This document shows positions 27,226 to 43,306 of a DNA stretch of 64,000 nucleotides, piece by piece. The stretch lies in assembly GCF_009914755.1 (NCBI RefSeq), contig NC_060930.1. One strand, written 5' to 3'. The first letter of the stretch is position 1. The number at the start of each line of letters is the position of its first letter. A program made the position numbers and the translations under genes. Below the pieces are notes generated by a model. The model was not told the DNA's origin. It did not search any database and saw only the letters and a list, made by a program, of their open reading frames with translations. Source of the DNA: the human T2T-CHM13v2.0 reference genome, Homo sapiens.

Positions 27226-27519
27226 CAATTAGTCAATTTCTTTAGTCTCCTGTGAATGGCCCTCAGATGAAAGTAAAATGAGGATGAACTTGGGTAAGTC
27301 TGGGTGGAGAAGCCGGCTTGGGTGGATTTGGGGTAAAAAGTGTTTTCCCCACTGAATTTCTCTATTCTGCTTCTATATCTCAGCACTGTGAGCCAGCCTA
27401 AAGTCTCCTTCCAGAACACATAGCTTACTGCTGCCATTTACCCACTTTTTTCAAAATGTGTAGGAAAGTCTTGTAGAGAGATACAAGCACTGAAAGCTGG
27501 CAACCTCTAGTTCCAACTA

Positions 27520-27640
27520 GGCAATTCATTAACTCAATAAGTATTTTGAAAGTGGCCAGAATGGCCACACTCACCTATGCTGGGAGCTGGGATATAGCAA
27601 TGAATAAGAAAGACAAGGTTCTGCCTTCATGGTGTTAAAC
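27520..27640 (-). mobile_element. L2 3' fragment
   Basis: ttcattaactcaataagtatt...gctgggatatagcaatgaataagaaagacaag. Confidence 0.6.
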
Positions 27641-27814
27641 AACTAAAATCATACAATTGATTATTTCATAGTTATTTTGTGGATCTCCCCTTGAACTGTG
27701 GGGTACAGTTCAGAGCAGTAGAGAAGAAGCAGAAGCTGTTCACAGAAGTGATAGAATGTGAATGAGGGACAACCAGTAGTATTTGCCTATCACTGGGAGA
27801 CAGCCTGCATTCAG

Positions 27815-27918
27815 CCAAGGGAGAGGGAGAAGGAGGAGGAAGCAGAGAGAAGGAAGAGGGAGAGGAAGAGGGGGAGAAGAGAGAGAGAAAGAGGAAAAGA
27901 AAGAAAGAATAAAAAAAA
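27815..27918. repeat. GA-rich low-complexity tract
   Basis: Nearly pure purine run; a second one follows the Alu at ~28211-28295. Confidence 0.85.
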
Positions 27919-28370
<452 letters not shown>

Positions 28371-28676
28371 TTAAGACAGTAAGTTCCTCTCGTGTATAGA
28401 TAGATAGTAGTTTGTATTGGTTTCTGTTATTTGCAGCTGAAAGGGTCCTGGCTAACTAATATACCTTTTAAAGTATTGATATATATTTGAGTATCTTCAT
28501 CAAAGGAGTAAAAAAAATTGCAGTGTTTCAGAAGGGAAACAGGTAATGGCTACATGAGATTTAATCATGGGCTTGTTGAATGTAAGAGTTGGAAGGGATT
28601 TACTTGAACAAATCTTCCAATAAAGCAGAAATAACCCACTGATCACTTCCGACAGTGGCAAAGTAGTCTCTAAATC

Positions 28677-29507
<831 letters not shown>

Positions 29508-29508
<1 letters not shown>

Positions 29509-30485
29509 ACTTTCATGACCTTTACTCTTTGGAAGGTGCAGATCAGTTCTTTTGGTCGAATGTTCTTCAATTTATGTTTGTCTCACACATTGTTATAACT
29601 AGATCCAGCAATACCACAAACGTGCTGCCATGTTCTTCTTAGTATATCATATCAGGTGGCACATGATGTCAATTTGTCCCATTTCTGGTGATGTTGATTT
29701 TTACGACTTAGATAAGATGATACTGGACAGGTTTCTCCACTGTAAAATTATTTACCACATTTTTGGTACTTCCATTAGTATGAGCATCCATTTATGATTT
29801 TTGTCTGAAAGAATTATTCTTACCTACCTTACAATTATTCTTAAACTGTGATTCTTACCAAATGATGATTTCTATGTCCATTATTCCTTCTACATTTACT
29901 AGTTGACATTACTTATTTGTTTATATCAATATTGGCTCATGGATTCCTATTTTATTCAGTTAGTTTTAATCCATTATAATCATTAACTAAAATTTAGCTG
30001 TTCAAATTTCCAGATTTGGCCAATAGGAGCTCCTTCAGGCTGGTTCTTGTATTCATTCAATAGTTTTCATTGAACACTTCTTACTTTCTGATACAAGTGT
30101 TCTAGGCTCATCTAGAATGTTTCCCTCCAGTGGCCTTGAATCATCCCAATTTCCAAGGAGATGATTCCTTCAGAGGAAAATGGTATTTAGAAACCAAAAT
30201 CTGGGTACCAAATATGTTCATTGGTACTGGGATATTATTGCTTCTAGTCCCTTTCAGCAGATAGAGCTATGAAATTTATGTATGCATACATACACACATG
30301 CATACACATGTATGTATGTATGTGTGTATGTATGTATACATACACCTCCAATTCCAGTACAACTGCACAGGGTTAATTCTAACTTTCTCCACTTTGATAT
30401 TTGTACCTACTTTCTCCAACAGTGAGAAATCTGCCTTCCATTATCCCCACCATATTCACATAATCTCCCAGTATGTAACCAATTT
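29508..30485 (-). mobile_element. Ancient L1MC4/5-like 3' region
   Basis: Same motif order as 19740-20960 (gactttcatgacc...ggtttctccactgtaaa...aatggtatttagaaaccaa). Confidence 0.75.
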
Positions 30486-30649
30486 CCAGTCACATGGATC
30501 ATCTCTTCTTCCTGGCTCACTCCACACCTGCTGGTCAAGTGGGTCCAGTTGGCTTGCTCTGGTCATACTGAACCAACACCATCCTCAACTTTGGACCATG
30601 CCCAGATCCCAAGTAGCTATAATCTAAATGCTGAATTTGATAGATCGCT

Positions 30650-31062
30650 TTTAATAGTCTTTATTTTAGCTATTTTAAGTAATTATTTTGAATTTTGATT
30701 ATGTTATCCACTGCATTCACTGCCCCTCCTAGTTTGGAGCTATCAAAACATTTAATAAATTTGTATTCAAGTTGTTGATCAAATCTTGAAGACAACTGGA
30801 ATTAATTCCTGATGGAATTAATACATTAATATACACTTTTTGTATGTCATTGTTCTACTGGCTCCAAACTTATATTTAATGATTACCTGATCTGGCATTT
30901 ATTCATTGTGACCATAAGAATATCTGGAGATGTGCTTTCTAATACTGTGCCAAAATTAAGTTACATTCTGTCTATGCATAGTAACCTTATAAAAAATATT
31001 ATGTCGGTTTGACCTAAGATGTTATTAATGAATCTATGCTGGCTTCTACTACTCATTGCTTT
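30650..31062 (-). mobile_element. L3/CR1 LINE RT-region fossil
   Basis: cctcctagtttggag.tatc...attcaagttgttgatcaaatcttga...gaatctatgctggcttcta resembles CR1 RT antisense. Confidence 0.55.
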
Positions 31063-31321
31063 CTTATGAGAGGGGTTAAGTAACTTGCTCACAGTGTAGT
31101 TAGTAAGTGAAGGTCTGAAATTTGAACCCAGGCTGATATATCGCTAAAACCTTGCCCTTTCCACAGTCCTTCCATCTGTTTTCATTGGGATGGAAAAAGG
31201 TCCTCCTTTTTCTGTTTTTATTTCATGCCAATTTAATGAGATATTGTCAGAGTGCAGGTCTTGGCCTGTAGGCATGCTCAAGGGCACTGCTTCAGTTCCC
31301 TGGGGGTATACAGGCAGCCAT

Positions 31322-31462
31322 TCTTTTTCTTTTCTTTCTTTTTCTATTTTTTTTTTTTAATTTAATGAGACAGTGTCTTGCTTTGTCGCCCAGGCTGGAG
31401 TGCAATGGTGCGATCATGGCTCATTGTAACCTGGAACTCCTGGGCTCAAATGACCCTCCCCA
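31322..31462 (-). mobile_element. Truncated Alu/FLAM fragment
   Basis: T tract followed by gagacag...cccaggctggagtgcaatgg. Confidence 0.85.
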
Positions 31463-32492
31463 AGCAACCATTCTTAACAGCTTCTTGAACCCTGTACCAA
31501 GATGTCCTGCTGAATTGCTCATTTGATGTACAGATTGAAACCTAAACTAGAAAGGCAGCTGTGAGTCTCTTTACGAGCAAAGCATTTCTAAAAGACGATT
31601 ATGACAGTAAATTATTTGTCCATGTGAAATATTTACTTAACATTCTTTTACCTCTCAGAATATCAATATTTCAAATATTAAGGAGTTCAGCACAATTTTT
31701 TAGTTCGAAGGAGAGTTCAAAATTTGTCTTTGTTTTCTCCTTTTTAAACACCTTTAATCTAAGTCACATTAAAGCTTAGAAATGCCACAAAAGTCACTTA
31801 AGACATACCCGTGTACTTGATAAAGGTGTCTATGCTAGATTTAAACAAGAGAAGAGAAAAACAAAAATCTCCTTAAGTAGAAGAGTTGTCCACTGAGGCT
31901 GTTTTGCTGGATTTCATAGAACGTTGTAAGTGCAAACATCACATTCTTGAGGTTGTGGTCGTGTTGAAGGGGTAAGTCCAGAGGAAGAGGGAAGATTCTG
32001 AACAAAGAAGACTGAAGCTGACAAGCAGGGAGAAAAACCCCCACAGAGGAGTCTGTACATTCAAGAGAAGTGGTGGGTGTCCTCACTGGAATACTTAGAG
32101 ACACACTGCACAAAATAACAGAGGCGCTTCTGTGGGGACCATCACAAACTGGCAGCCACTCAGAAAAGTTCGCCCACCAGACTCAGCTGCTTAGGGCTAT
32201 CTGGCTGTCTGAGCTCCTGCGGTCAGGGCTGGCTGGCTGCTGTCTCTCAGGAAAATGGCCCGTGGGTCCCTAAGTCCTCATGGTGCACAGGATGCTACCG
32301 ATGTGATGCATCTGAGGCTGAGCATGCATGAGAGCCCTTGAAAAGAAGCCTGCCAGGCCATTCATTTCACTTCATCCATACAAATACATGGTTTCTCCAC
32401 TAAATCTTCATGCGAAACTAACAGTCCCATCCCGGTGTCATCCAATCAATCTAGATATTTTCTAGTGGTTTTATTTAGTGTTCAGAAAACAA

Positions 32493-32976
32493 TGTTGCCA
32501 AGATTGCTGGTTGCTCCCTCCCCCGATCTATTCTCCATTCCTTCTGTAAAAATTGCAGCGCGATGCTGAACTGGACACAAAGCTGCCTGGAATAAAGCTG
32601 CATTGTCCAGCTTTTCTCTCTGCTGCGAACAGCAATGGCAATAAGTTCTGGCCAGTGACTTATAAGTAGAAGTGTTATTGGACAACTTCCAGGAAAACAT
32701 CCTCAAGACACCATGTGTGTGCCCATTTCCTGTTCCTGGGAACATGGATATGATGGCTGATGCTTCAACCATCACATTGCACCATGAGGACGGAGGCCAC
32801 AGCCTGGGGTTGGAAGACAAGAGAGCTAGAAAGAGCTTCTTCCTGAGGCCTTCTTAAAGCAAAACAACCATCCCAACCCTGGATTACCAACCTTCAGGCA
32901 TCCATGAAGGCAGAAATAAACTGTTATTTGGTGAAGGCTTCTTTCACCTGCAGCCAATGTTAATCCAACCTGATAT
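32493..32976 (+). mobile_element. MLT1 (J-like) MaLR LTR
   Basis: aagttctggccagtga...aagtagaagtg...gaaataaac...tgcagccaa...aatccaacctgata. Confidence 0.7.
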
Positions 32977-33162
32977 TAATACAAATCAATATAAATATTA
33001 GTATTAGTATTAAAAATATAAGAAAGAAGTCACTAACCATCCACTGCATACCAGTGCTTTAGCGTTTTCTTTTTATTACACATCCTGTCAATTCTGCTCT
33101 GAAATGCTGGCCTGCAGTTTAAGGAAATTGTCAGATTCCCAACCTGTCTATCTGAATATCAA

Positions 33163-33546
33163 TTATTAGTCTGTTTTTGCACTGCTATGAAGAACTACCC
33201 GAGACTGGGTAATTTATAAAGAGAAGAGGTTTCGTTGGCTTATGGTTCCACAGGCTGTATAGGAAGCATGGCAGGGGAGGCCTCGGGAAACTTTCAATCG
33301 TAGTGGAAAGCCAAGGGAAGCAGGCACATCTGACATGGCTGGAGCAGGAGAGAAGAGAGAGTGGGGAGGTGCTACACACTTTTAAACAACCAGATCATGT
33401 GACAACACACTTATTATCATGAGAACAGCACCAAAACGGACGCCCGCCCCCATGATCCAATCACCTCCCACGAGGCCCAACCACCAACATTGGGGATTAC
33501 AACTAGACATGAGATTTGGGTGGGGACACAGACCCAAACCATATCA
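33163..33546 (-). mobile_element. MSTA-like MaLR solo LTR
   Basis: tattagtctg...ggaggtgctacacacttttaaacaaccagatc...gacccaaaccatatca; TSD atca(a/g). Confidence 0.9.
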
Positions 33547-33660
33547 ATCAGCTTAGAAGAAAATGTATCTAATTGAAAATACAGCCAATAATATGAACAT
33601 TATGGTGCCAAGCAGAGCAGACAACAGCTTGTATGTATATTTATTTTTAAGTTTCTTTAG

Positions 33661-34192
<532 letters not shown>

Positions 34193-36319
34193 TGATATTA
34201 GATATATCCTTGGATATATCTCTGCACACAAACTAATTTGGCTGGCTTTTGTTTGCATTCCTTGGCAAAGTCAGTTGTAAAGTCAGTTGTTTGATTAGAC
34301 TTTCCAAGTCCTTTGAAGTAAATTAATACTTGTGTGCAAGCCCAATCTATGTTAGAGAAAAGCAAAACTAGGAAAGCAGCATTTTTTGGAAGGGAAAACC
34401 TTCTTTATGTCAGGCTCCACAGTCCTGCCAAAGTCCTTCTTTAGGCGCATCTGGGAAAAGGAAGGGAATCACTAACTCCAATCTTAACCCTGGCTTGAAT
34501 CTTCACATTGGCCTTGACCCGGGAAGGTATTATCATCTAAGCCACTTTTTCATTTTATCTAGAATTTGTCACTGACACATGAAGAGAGGCTGGAAAATGG
34601 GAAGGAATAAAGTTCCTGAGAAACTGACCTGCCGTTTTGGAGCTAGAATCAGAATGGAAATTTGGAACTTGGAAGACTTTCTGTTTTTTTTTCCCTCTGT
34701 TTGTATTTTCTATAATTATTTCCTTTTTGTGAATACATGGTATTGTGTAAAGTTCTCTATTCATGTAAAGACAGTTTCTTCTATTTATTTCTGTTTCTCA
34801 GTGCCTGGCATTATTGCTTGCTAAATATATTTCACCATTTACTCCAGGCTGAAGCATTGACACCATTTTGTGGCTTCCCCACATCCAACTCCAAGCTGCA
34901 CTTTTCACAGATAAATCACTGTAATTAATCACGCTCTTGAAAAGGAACAGGAGGTGTAAAAGCCTAACTAATGTGCACCTTTAGCCCACTCCAATGACGC
35001 TTTGGAAACCGACTGCTGGAACCCTTAACTTTGGCTCTGTATTTCCAGATCCTCTAGCAGTATGAGATCATTGAGATTGTGGAATGAGCTGGGAAATTTT
35101 ATTTTTCAAAAGCAACCAACCATACCTGTATATTTGTAAGGATTTTTATGGAGTCCTGCAATGTCAATCCTTAGGCTTGGCTAGTTCATCAACAAACTCA
35201 GAAACAAACTGAAAACTAGAGGCTTGGAATTCAGACAGAACTTTCAAAGCCAGGGCTAGAGATGTTTGTATTAGGTTGCTTTGGTTTATTTTTAGAAGGC
35301 AACTGTTTTCTCACGAGCAATTTTCTTAGGTAGCTTAAAATACAATCATAGCCACAAATTTGAATCCTCTTTCCTTGAAAAAAGGGGGGAAAAAGAAAAG
35401 GAAGATTGCTAAAAATTATTTCCTATTCTAGTATGAGGTAGAAAGAGCTTTCTAATTTTTTTTTTTCCTCAGGTAGATGAACAAAAAATGCCCCACATAA
35501 GTACCTTGAATTGACTTTGTAAGGATAAAGGCAATCACTGTTTATGCTTAGGAAATGTATCGCATTGGGACCTTAATGTTGAGTACAACCTCTTACTCCA
35601 CCATAGTTGCCAAGTTTTGCTAAATTTTTTTTCTGCTGCAAAAGTTTATTGTTTCATTGCCGGGGAGCACCTCCCAGGCCCTGGGGAAAAAGCCTTGGTT
35701 CTCACAAGTGGTTCATATTTTAATCCACTTTATTCCTGCCCTTTCTATTTTAAATGTTTTCAAAATGAAATCTCCAAATTGCATTCTATACAAGGAAATC
35801 TTGGTGGAAAATACTAGGGTATAACTCATTCTCACATAAGCAATTGTTTTAGATAATTAAAAAAAATCCTTCTTTCTCACAAGAAGAAGCTGAGAAAACA
35901 ATTTCAAGAATTCCCACTCACTGAAAGCCAGTTTTCTGAAAGCTAACTTATAGAATAATCTGACATATCAGATTTACATGAATTTACAAAATTTGCTAAT
36001 AGTGAATTTAATAAGAATGTTAAATTCACTATGGGCTTTCACAAGATGTTCAACTTTTCAAAATTTCAGCATCTCCTATGGGAATCCTTTAGTCCATATT
36101 TTCTTCTTAATATAGAAGATCATTTTAGCTAAATTCTGATTTACTTTTAGATGGTCTTAAACTTAAAATCTAAAGCTGATAGAACTATGAAAATATTCCT
36201 GATAGGGCTAATAAATATGTAAGTAAAATTGATAAACCTGATAAGTTGGTCATTTGGCAAATTTGCTTGGTGTAAACTTGATGGGTGGTGACTGAACAAG
36301 ACTTTGCCCCATTACATGG

Positions 36320-36412
36320 TGTAGTGTGTACACTGCATAAATCCAGGGGCGCCATTTACACAGAGTATAATATGAATAGAGCCCCCTGGAGTTGTGCAAC
36401 ACAGAGGCCCTA
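36320..36412. mobile_element. MER91-like hAT-Tip100 palindromic MITE
   Basis: tccaggggcgccatttacac...tatgaatagagccccctggagttgtgcaacacagaggccct. Confidence 0.7.
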
Positions 36413-36574
36413 GACTTAACTTGGATCATAAGATGTCTGGCCCCAGCCAAGTGGCATGTTGTGAGCTCTATTAACTAAACTAACAATTCCAATTTAATTT
36501 GAAGGAGCACACAGATCTTAGGAGTTCATACAAAGAGGATGAAGGAGAGTCAGCAGCACAGCTTATAGGGTATG

Positions 36575-36938
36575 TGCTACAGACTGAATGTTTGTGTACC
36601 CACCCTAATTCATATGTTAAATCCTAATACCCAATGTGATATTTGGAGATGAGGCCTTTGGGATGTGATTAGGTCATGAGGGTGTAGTCCTCATAAATGG
36701 GATTAATACCTTTATAAAAGAGGTCCCGGAGAGCTCCGTTGCCCTTTCTACTGTTTAAGGATCCAGCAAGAAGACAGCTATCTATGAATTAAGAAGTAGG
36801 TCCTCACCAGACACAAAATCTGCTGGTGCCTGTATCTTGAGTTTCCCAGCCTCCAGAACTGTGAGAAATAAATGTCTGCTGTTTATAAGCCATGCAATTT
36901 ACAGTATTTTAAAACAGCAGCCTGAATGGAACAAAGCA
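36575..36938 (+). mobile_element. MLT1A-like MaLR solo LTR
   Basis: tgctacagactgaatgtttgtgt...ccagcctccagaactgtgagaaataaat; perfect TSD GTATG. Confidence 0.9.
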
Positions 36939-37074
36939 GTATGTTAGAATCATCTGGGGGTTTTAAAGATCTTCATATTCAGGTCGTTCCCCAGACCAAT
37001 TAAATGAGACTCTTCTGGTGGGGTCCAGGCGTGAACATTTTAAAAAACCTTCTTAAGTGATTGCAATATGCAAC

Positions 37075-37804
37075 TGTTCTATAAGAAAGGATTTGGCTGG
37101 CATTTGTCTCCAGTTCCTGAGAGGGAGATTTTAAAATGCTTAGAATTCCCTCCAGTGATAGTAGTGTCTTTGTTATTCATGGCGGCCCCTTGGACCACAC
37201 CTGAGTTTACTCTAAGGCAATCACTCAGAATGGGAACTAGGCATGCTGGGAAGACCGGTCATGTGACTAGAGGGTTGGGTCTTTGAATAACAGTGATATT
37301 AGCCTGACCTCCAGGGTGGGGAAGGGGGCTGGAGACTTCAATCATGTGGCCAATGATTCAATCAATCATGTCTACATAATGAGACCTCAATTAAAACTCT
37401 GGGCACTAAGGCTTGGGGGAGCTTCCTGTGCAGGGATAGTGACGTATCCTGACTCCTTGGGGAGATGGCATGGAAGTTCTGCATTTGGGACCCTCCTAGA
37501 TCCCACCTTATGTGTATTGTCATCTGGCTGGTCCCAATTTGTGTTGCTTGCAATAGAACTGCAATCATAAGAATAGTACTTTCTTGAATTCTCTGAGTCA
37601 TTCTGGCAAATCGTTGAACCTGAAAAGGTAGTAGGAACTCCCAAATTTGTAGCCAGTTGGTCAGAAGTGCAGGTGACCTGGGGACTCCTGAACTTGCAGC
37701 TGGCATCTGAAATGAGGGCGGTCTTATTGAGGACTTCCTGTAAACCTGTGGATTCTGATGCTAACTGTGGGTGATTAGCATTAGAACTGAATTGCTGCAT
37801 CACA
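37075..37804 (+). mobile_element. MER21-family solo LTR
   Basis: gtgtctttgttattcat...tgtagccagttggtcagaagtgcaggtgacctggggactcc...gaactgaattg; perfect TSD GCAAC. Confidence 0.88.
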
Positions 37805-38429
37805 GCAACCAAGTTTGAGAACCACTATTCTAGGAAAAGGTGGTTCAGAGCATCCAATGAGTGCCGCAATCAAAAGATCCATCCAGGATCAGAGCGGAGA
37901 TTTCATTGGGGTCCAGCTAGAATGGGGGTTTATGAAAGGAGGTAGAGGGCAGACAGAATGAGGCACAGTGTCTTGGCCTCAAAGTCTCATATGGGAATAA
38001 GAATAGAAATTATGACCAGGACAAAAGGTCAGTGCCTATATATTGCAGGACACTATAGCTCAGCACTCAGATATGCTCCATTGTCCCACAAGCAGAGGAC
38101 TTAGGTACAGAGCCAAAGGCTCTTTCTAGCATCGACGCCACCAGAAGTCATTAGAAGGAAGCTCTCTGTTTAACCAGGACGGGTTTTATGACTAGAGTGA
38201 AATTGAACTGGCTAGTGCTAGAATTTTCATTGATATAGCTGGATGGTCTGGGGCCAATAAGTACAAGATTTAAAGAATTTAAATTCTTCCAATGAGTGGG
38301 TTCTTAAATAAAATATGCTGAACATATTATACTTTTAATATATTTTGGTGTCTTGGATGTCTTTATATGAAGATTGAATGAAACGTTCTTTTCAAAATTG
38401 GATTGTTACCAAGAAAGGTGAGCTGACCC

Positions 38430-38622
38430 TAAGGCCCAGGAGACCCCTCACCCCTTCCATTGCGAGAAGACACAGAGAGAAACTGTCCATGAGCTAGAAA
38501 GCAGGTGTGTGGCCTTGATCTTGGACTTCCCAGCCTCCAGACCTGTGGGAAATAAATTTCTGTTTTTTATAAGCCACACGGTTTATGGTATTTTTGTTAC
38601 AGCAGAAGGAATAGACTAAGAC
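38430..38622 (+). mobile_element. MLT1A/B 3' fragment
   Basis: ccttgatcttggacttcccagcctccag...aaataaatttctg...gactaagaca. Confidence 0.8.
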
Positions 38623-38889
38623 ACACATTTAAAATGCCTAATGTTCTAAAGTTCTGTAAGACTTGTGATGTCCATCTCCACCATGGGGTTATACATGCCT
38701 GCTCTGTGACCAGCCTTCACCTTGCTGCATGGGATTGGTTAAGCCCTGAAATGCTTGCCTCTGCAACTGTCTGTTTTCTTTGCTTTCTTTATTGATGAAC
38801 GTTCTCTGCTGATGGATTCTTCTTTCTTTCTCCCTTTCTTCCTCTCTCTCTTTATTGCTTCCTTCCTTTCTCTCTATCTCTCTCTCTTT

Positions 38890-39189
38890 CTTTCTTTTCT
38901 CTTTTGAGGCAGGGTCTCAGTCTTGTCACTCAGGCTGGAGTGCAGTGGCACAATCGCAGCTCACTGCAGCCTCAACTTCCAGGGCTCCGGTGATACTCTC
39001 ACCTCAGCCTCCTAAGTAGCTGGAACTACAGGCATGTGCCACCGTGCCAGGCTAATTTTTTGTATTTTTAATAGAGATGGGGTTTCGCTATGTTGCCCAG
39101 GCTGGTCTGAAACTCCCGAGTTTAAGCGATTCTTCTACCTTGGCCTCCTTAAGTGCTGGGATTATAGGCGTAAACTATGGCACTCAGCC
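38890..39189 (-). mobile_element. AluJ with TC-rich tail (from ~38815)
   Basis: Dimeric Alu. Confidence 0.9.
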
Positions 39190-39468
39190 TGATTCTTCAT
39201 TCTTTACATGTCATTAACTTTAATCAGGTTACTGCCAAATAAGGCCTGAGAGTAATTCTGTCTCTTTATCAAGGTGACTTTACACAGCTCTCCTCTGGTT
39301 TGTTATGTAGTGGGTTTATGTGTGACTCTCAGAGAATAATTTTTAAAATTATCATTATTGTTTCTTCTGGTATGAAAAATATTTTTACTTGTAAAATACA
39401 GAAAAACATAAAGTATAAAAATCATTCATAATTCCACCACCTAGTTGGAACTTAATTATGTTTTGTTA

Positions 39469-39757
39469 GGCCAGGTGTGGTAGATCATGCCTGTAATCCC
39501 AGCATTTTGGGAAGCCAAGCAGGAGAATCACTTGAGGCCAGGAATTCAAGACCAGCCTGAGAAATATAGCAAGATCTCATCTCCACAGAAAATGTAAAAG
39601 TTAGCTGGGTGTAGTGGCTTGCACCTGGTGATCTAGCTACTCAGGAGGCTGAGGCAGGAGGATTGCTTGAGCCCAGGAGTTTGAGGCTGCACTAAGCTAT
39701 GATCATGCCACTGCACTCTAGCCTGAGCAACAGAGAGACCCTGCCTCAAAAAAAAAA
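39469..39757 (+). mobile_element. AluJ
   Basis: Dimeric Alu. Confidence 0.9.
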
Positions 39758-39855
39758 CTATATTTTCTTTACTTATAAAGTTTGTTTCTAGGTGGCTGTA
39801 AGCATTCTGCTTTTAAAAACAACTTTAACAAGATATTATTTACATACCTATTTTA

Positions 39856-40186
<331 letters not shown>

Positions 40187-40234
<48 letters not shown>
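40187..40234. repeat. (TA)24 microsatellite
   Basis: 48 bp of uninterrupted TA. Confidence 0.97.
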
Positions 40235-40239
<5 letters not shown>

Positions 40240-40435
40240 TTATTTATTTTATTTTATTTTTTATTTTTATTTTGAGACCGCAGTCTCACTCTGTCACCCA
40301 CTGGATTGCAGTGGCACAATGTCAGCTCACTGCAACCTCCACCTCCTGAATTGAAGCGATTTTCCTGCCTCAGCCTCCTGAGTAGTTGGAATTACAGGTG
40401 TGCACCATCAGGCCTGGCTAATTTTTGTATTTTTT
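40235..40435 (-). mobile_element. Alu right arm (partial)
   Basis: (TTTTA)n tail followed by right-arm sequence. Confidence 0.88.
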
Positions 40436-40437
40436 GA

Positions 40438-41730
<1,293 letters not shown>

Positions 41731-41744
41731 AAAAACATTTTAAC

Positions 41745-42396
<652 letters not shown>

Positions 42397-42953
42397 TAAT
42401 TTTTTACTTTTAATTTTTGTGGGTAAATAGTAGGTATATATATTTATGGAGTACATGAGGCATTTTAATACAGGCATGTAATGCATAAAAATCACATCAG
42501 AGTAAGTGGGGTATCCATCATCTCAGGCATTTATTCTTTGTGTTACAAACCAATTATACACTTTGAGTTATTTTAAAATATACAATAAAGTTATTATTGA
42601 TTATAATCAACCTGTTGCACTACCAAATACAAGATTTTATTCATTCTTTCTCAGTGTTTTTTGTACCCATTAACAATCTCCATTTTCCCCCCATCCCTTC
42701 ACTATCCTTCCCAGCCTCTGGTAACCATCCTTCCACCCTCTATCTCCATGAGTTCAATTCTTTTTATTTTTAGCTCCCACAAATAAGTGAGAACATGCAA
42801 AGTTTGTCCTTCTGTGCCTGGGTTATTTTACTTAGTGACTTCCAGTTCCATCCACGTTCCTGCAAATAACAGGATCTGAATCATACTCCATTGTGTATAT
42901 GTACCACATTTTCTTTATCCATTCATCTATTGATGAAAACTTGGGTTGCTTCC

Positions 42954-43306
42954 TGATACAATTTGGCTCCGTGTCCCCACCCACGTCTTACCTTGAATTG
43001 TAATAATCCCCATGTGTCAAGGGCAGGACCAGGTGGATGTAATTGGATCATGGAGGCAGTCTCCCCCATGCTGTTCTCGTGATAATGAGTGAGTCTCATG
43101 TGCATCTGGCATTTCCCCTGGTGGCACTCACTCCATCCTGCTGCCCTGTGAAGAAGGTGCCTGCTTCTCCTTTGCCTTGTGCCATGATTGTATGTTTCCT
43201 GAGGCCTCCCCAGCCATGTAGAACTGTGAGTCAATTAAACCTCTTTCTTTATAAATTACCCAGTCTCAGTTATTTCTTCATAGCAGTGTGAGGATGGACT
43301 AATACA
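42954..43306 (+). mobile_element. THE1/MST MaLR solo LTR inside the L1
   Basis: tgatacaatttggctc...ggactaataca; perfect TSD CTTCC. Confidence 0.93.

Larger units (their letters stand above)
36550..37826. mobile_element. MER5A-like element split by two LTRs
   Basis: tagaatcatctggggg...ccccagaccaattaaat...aagtgattgcaatatgca | gcaaccaagtttgagaaccact. Confidence 0.7.
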
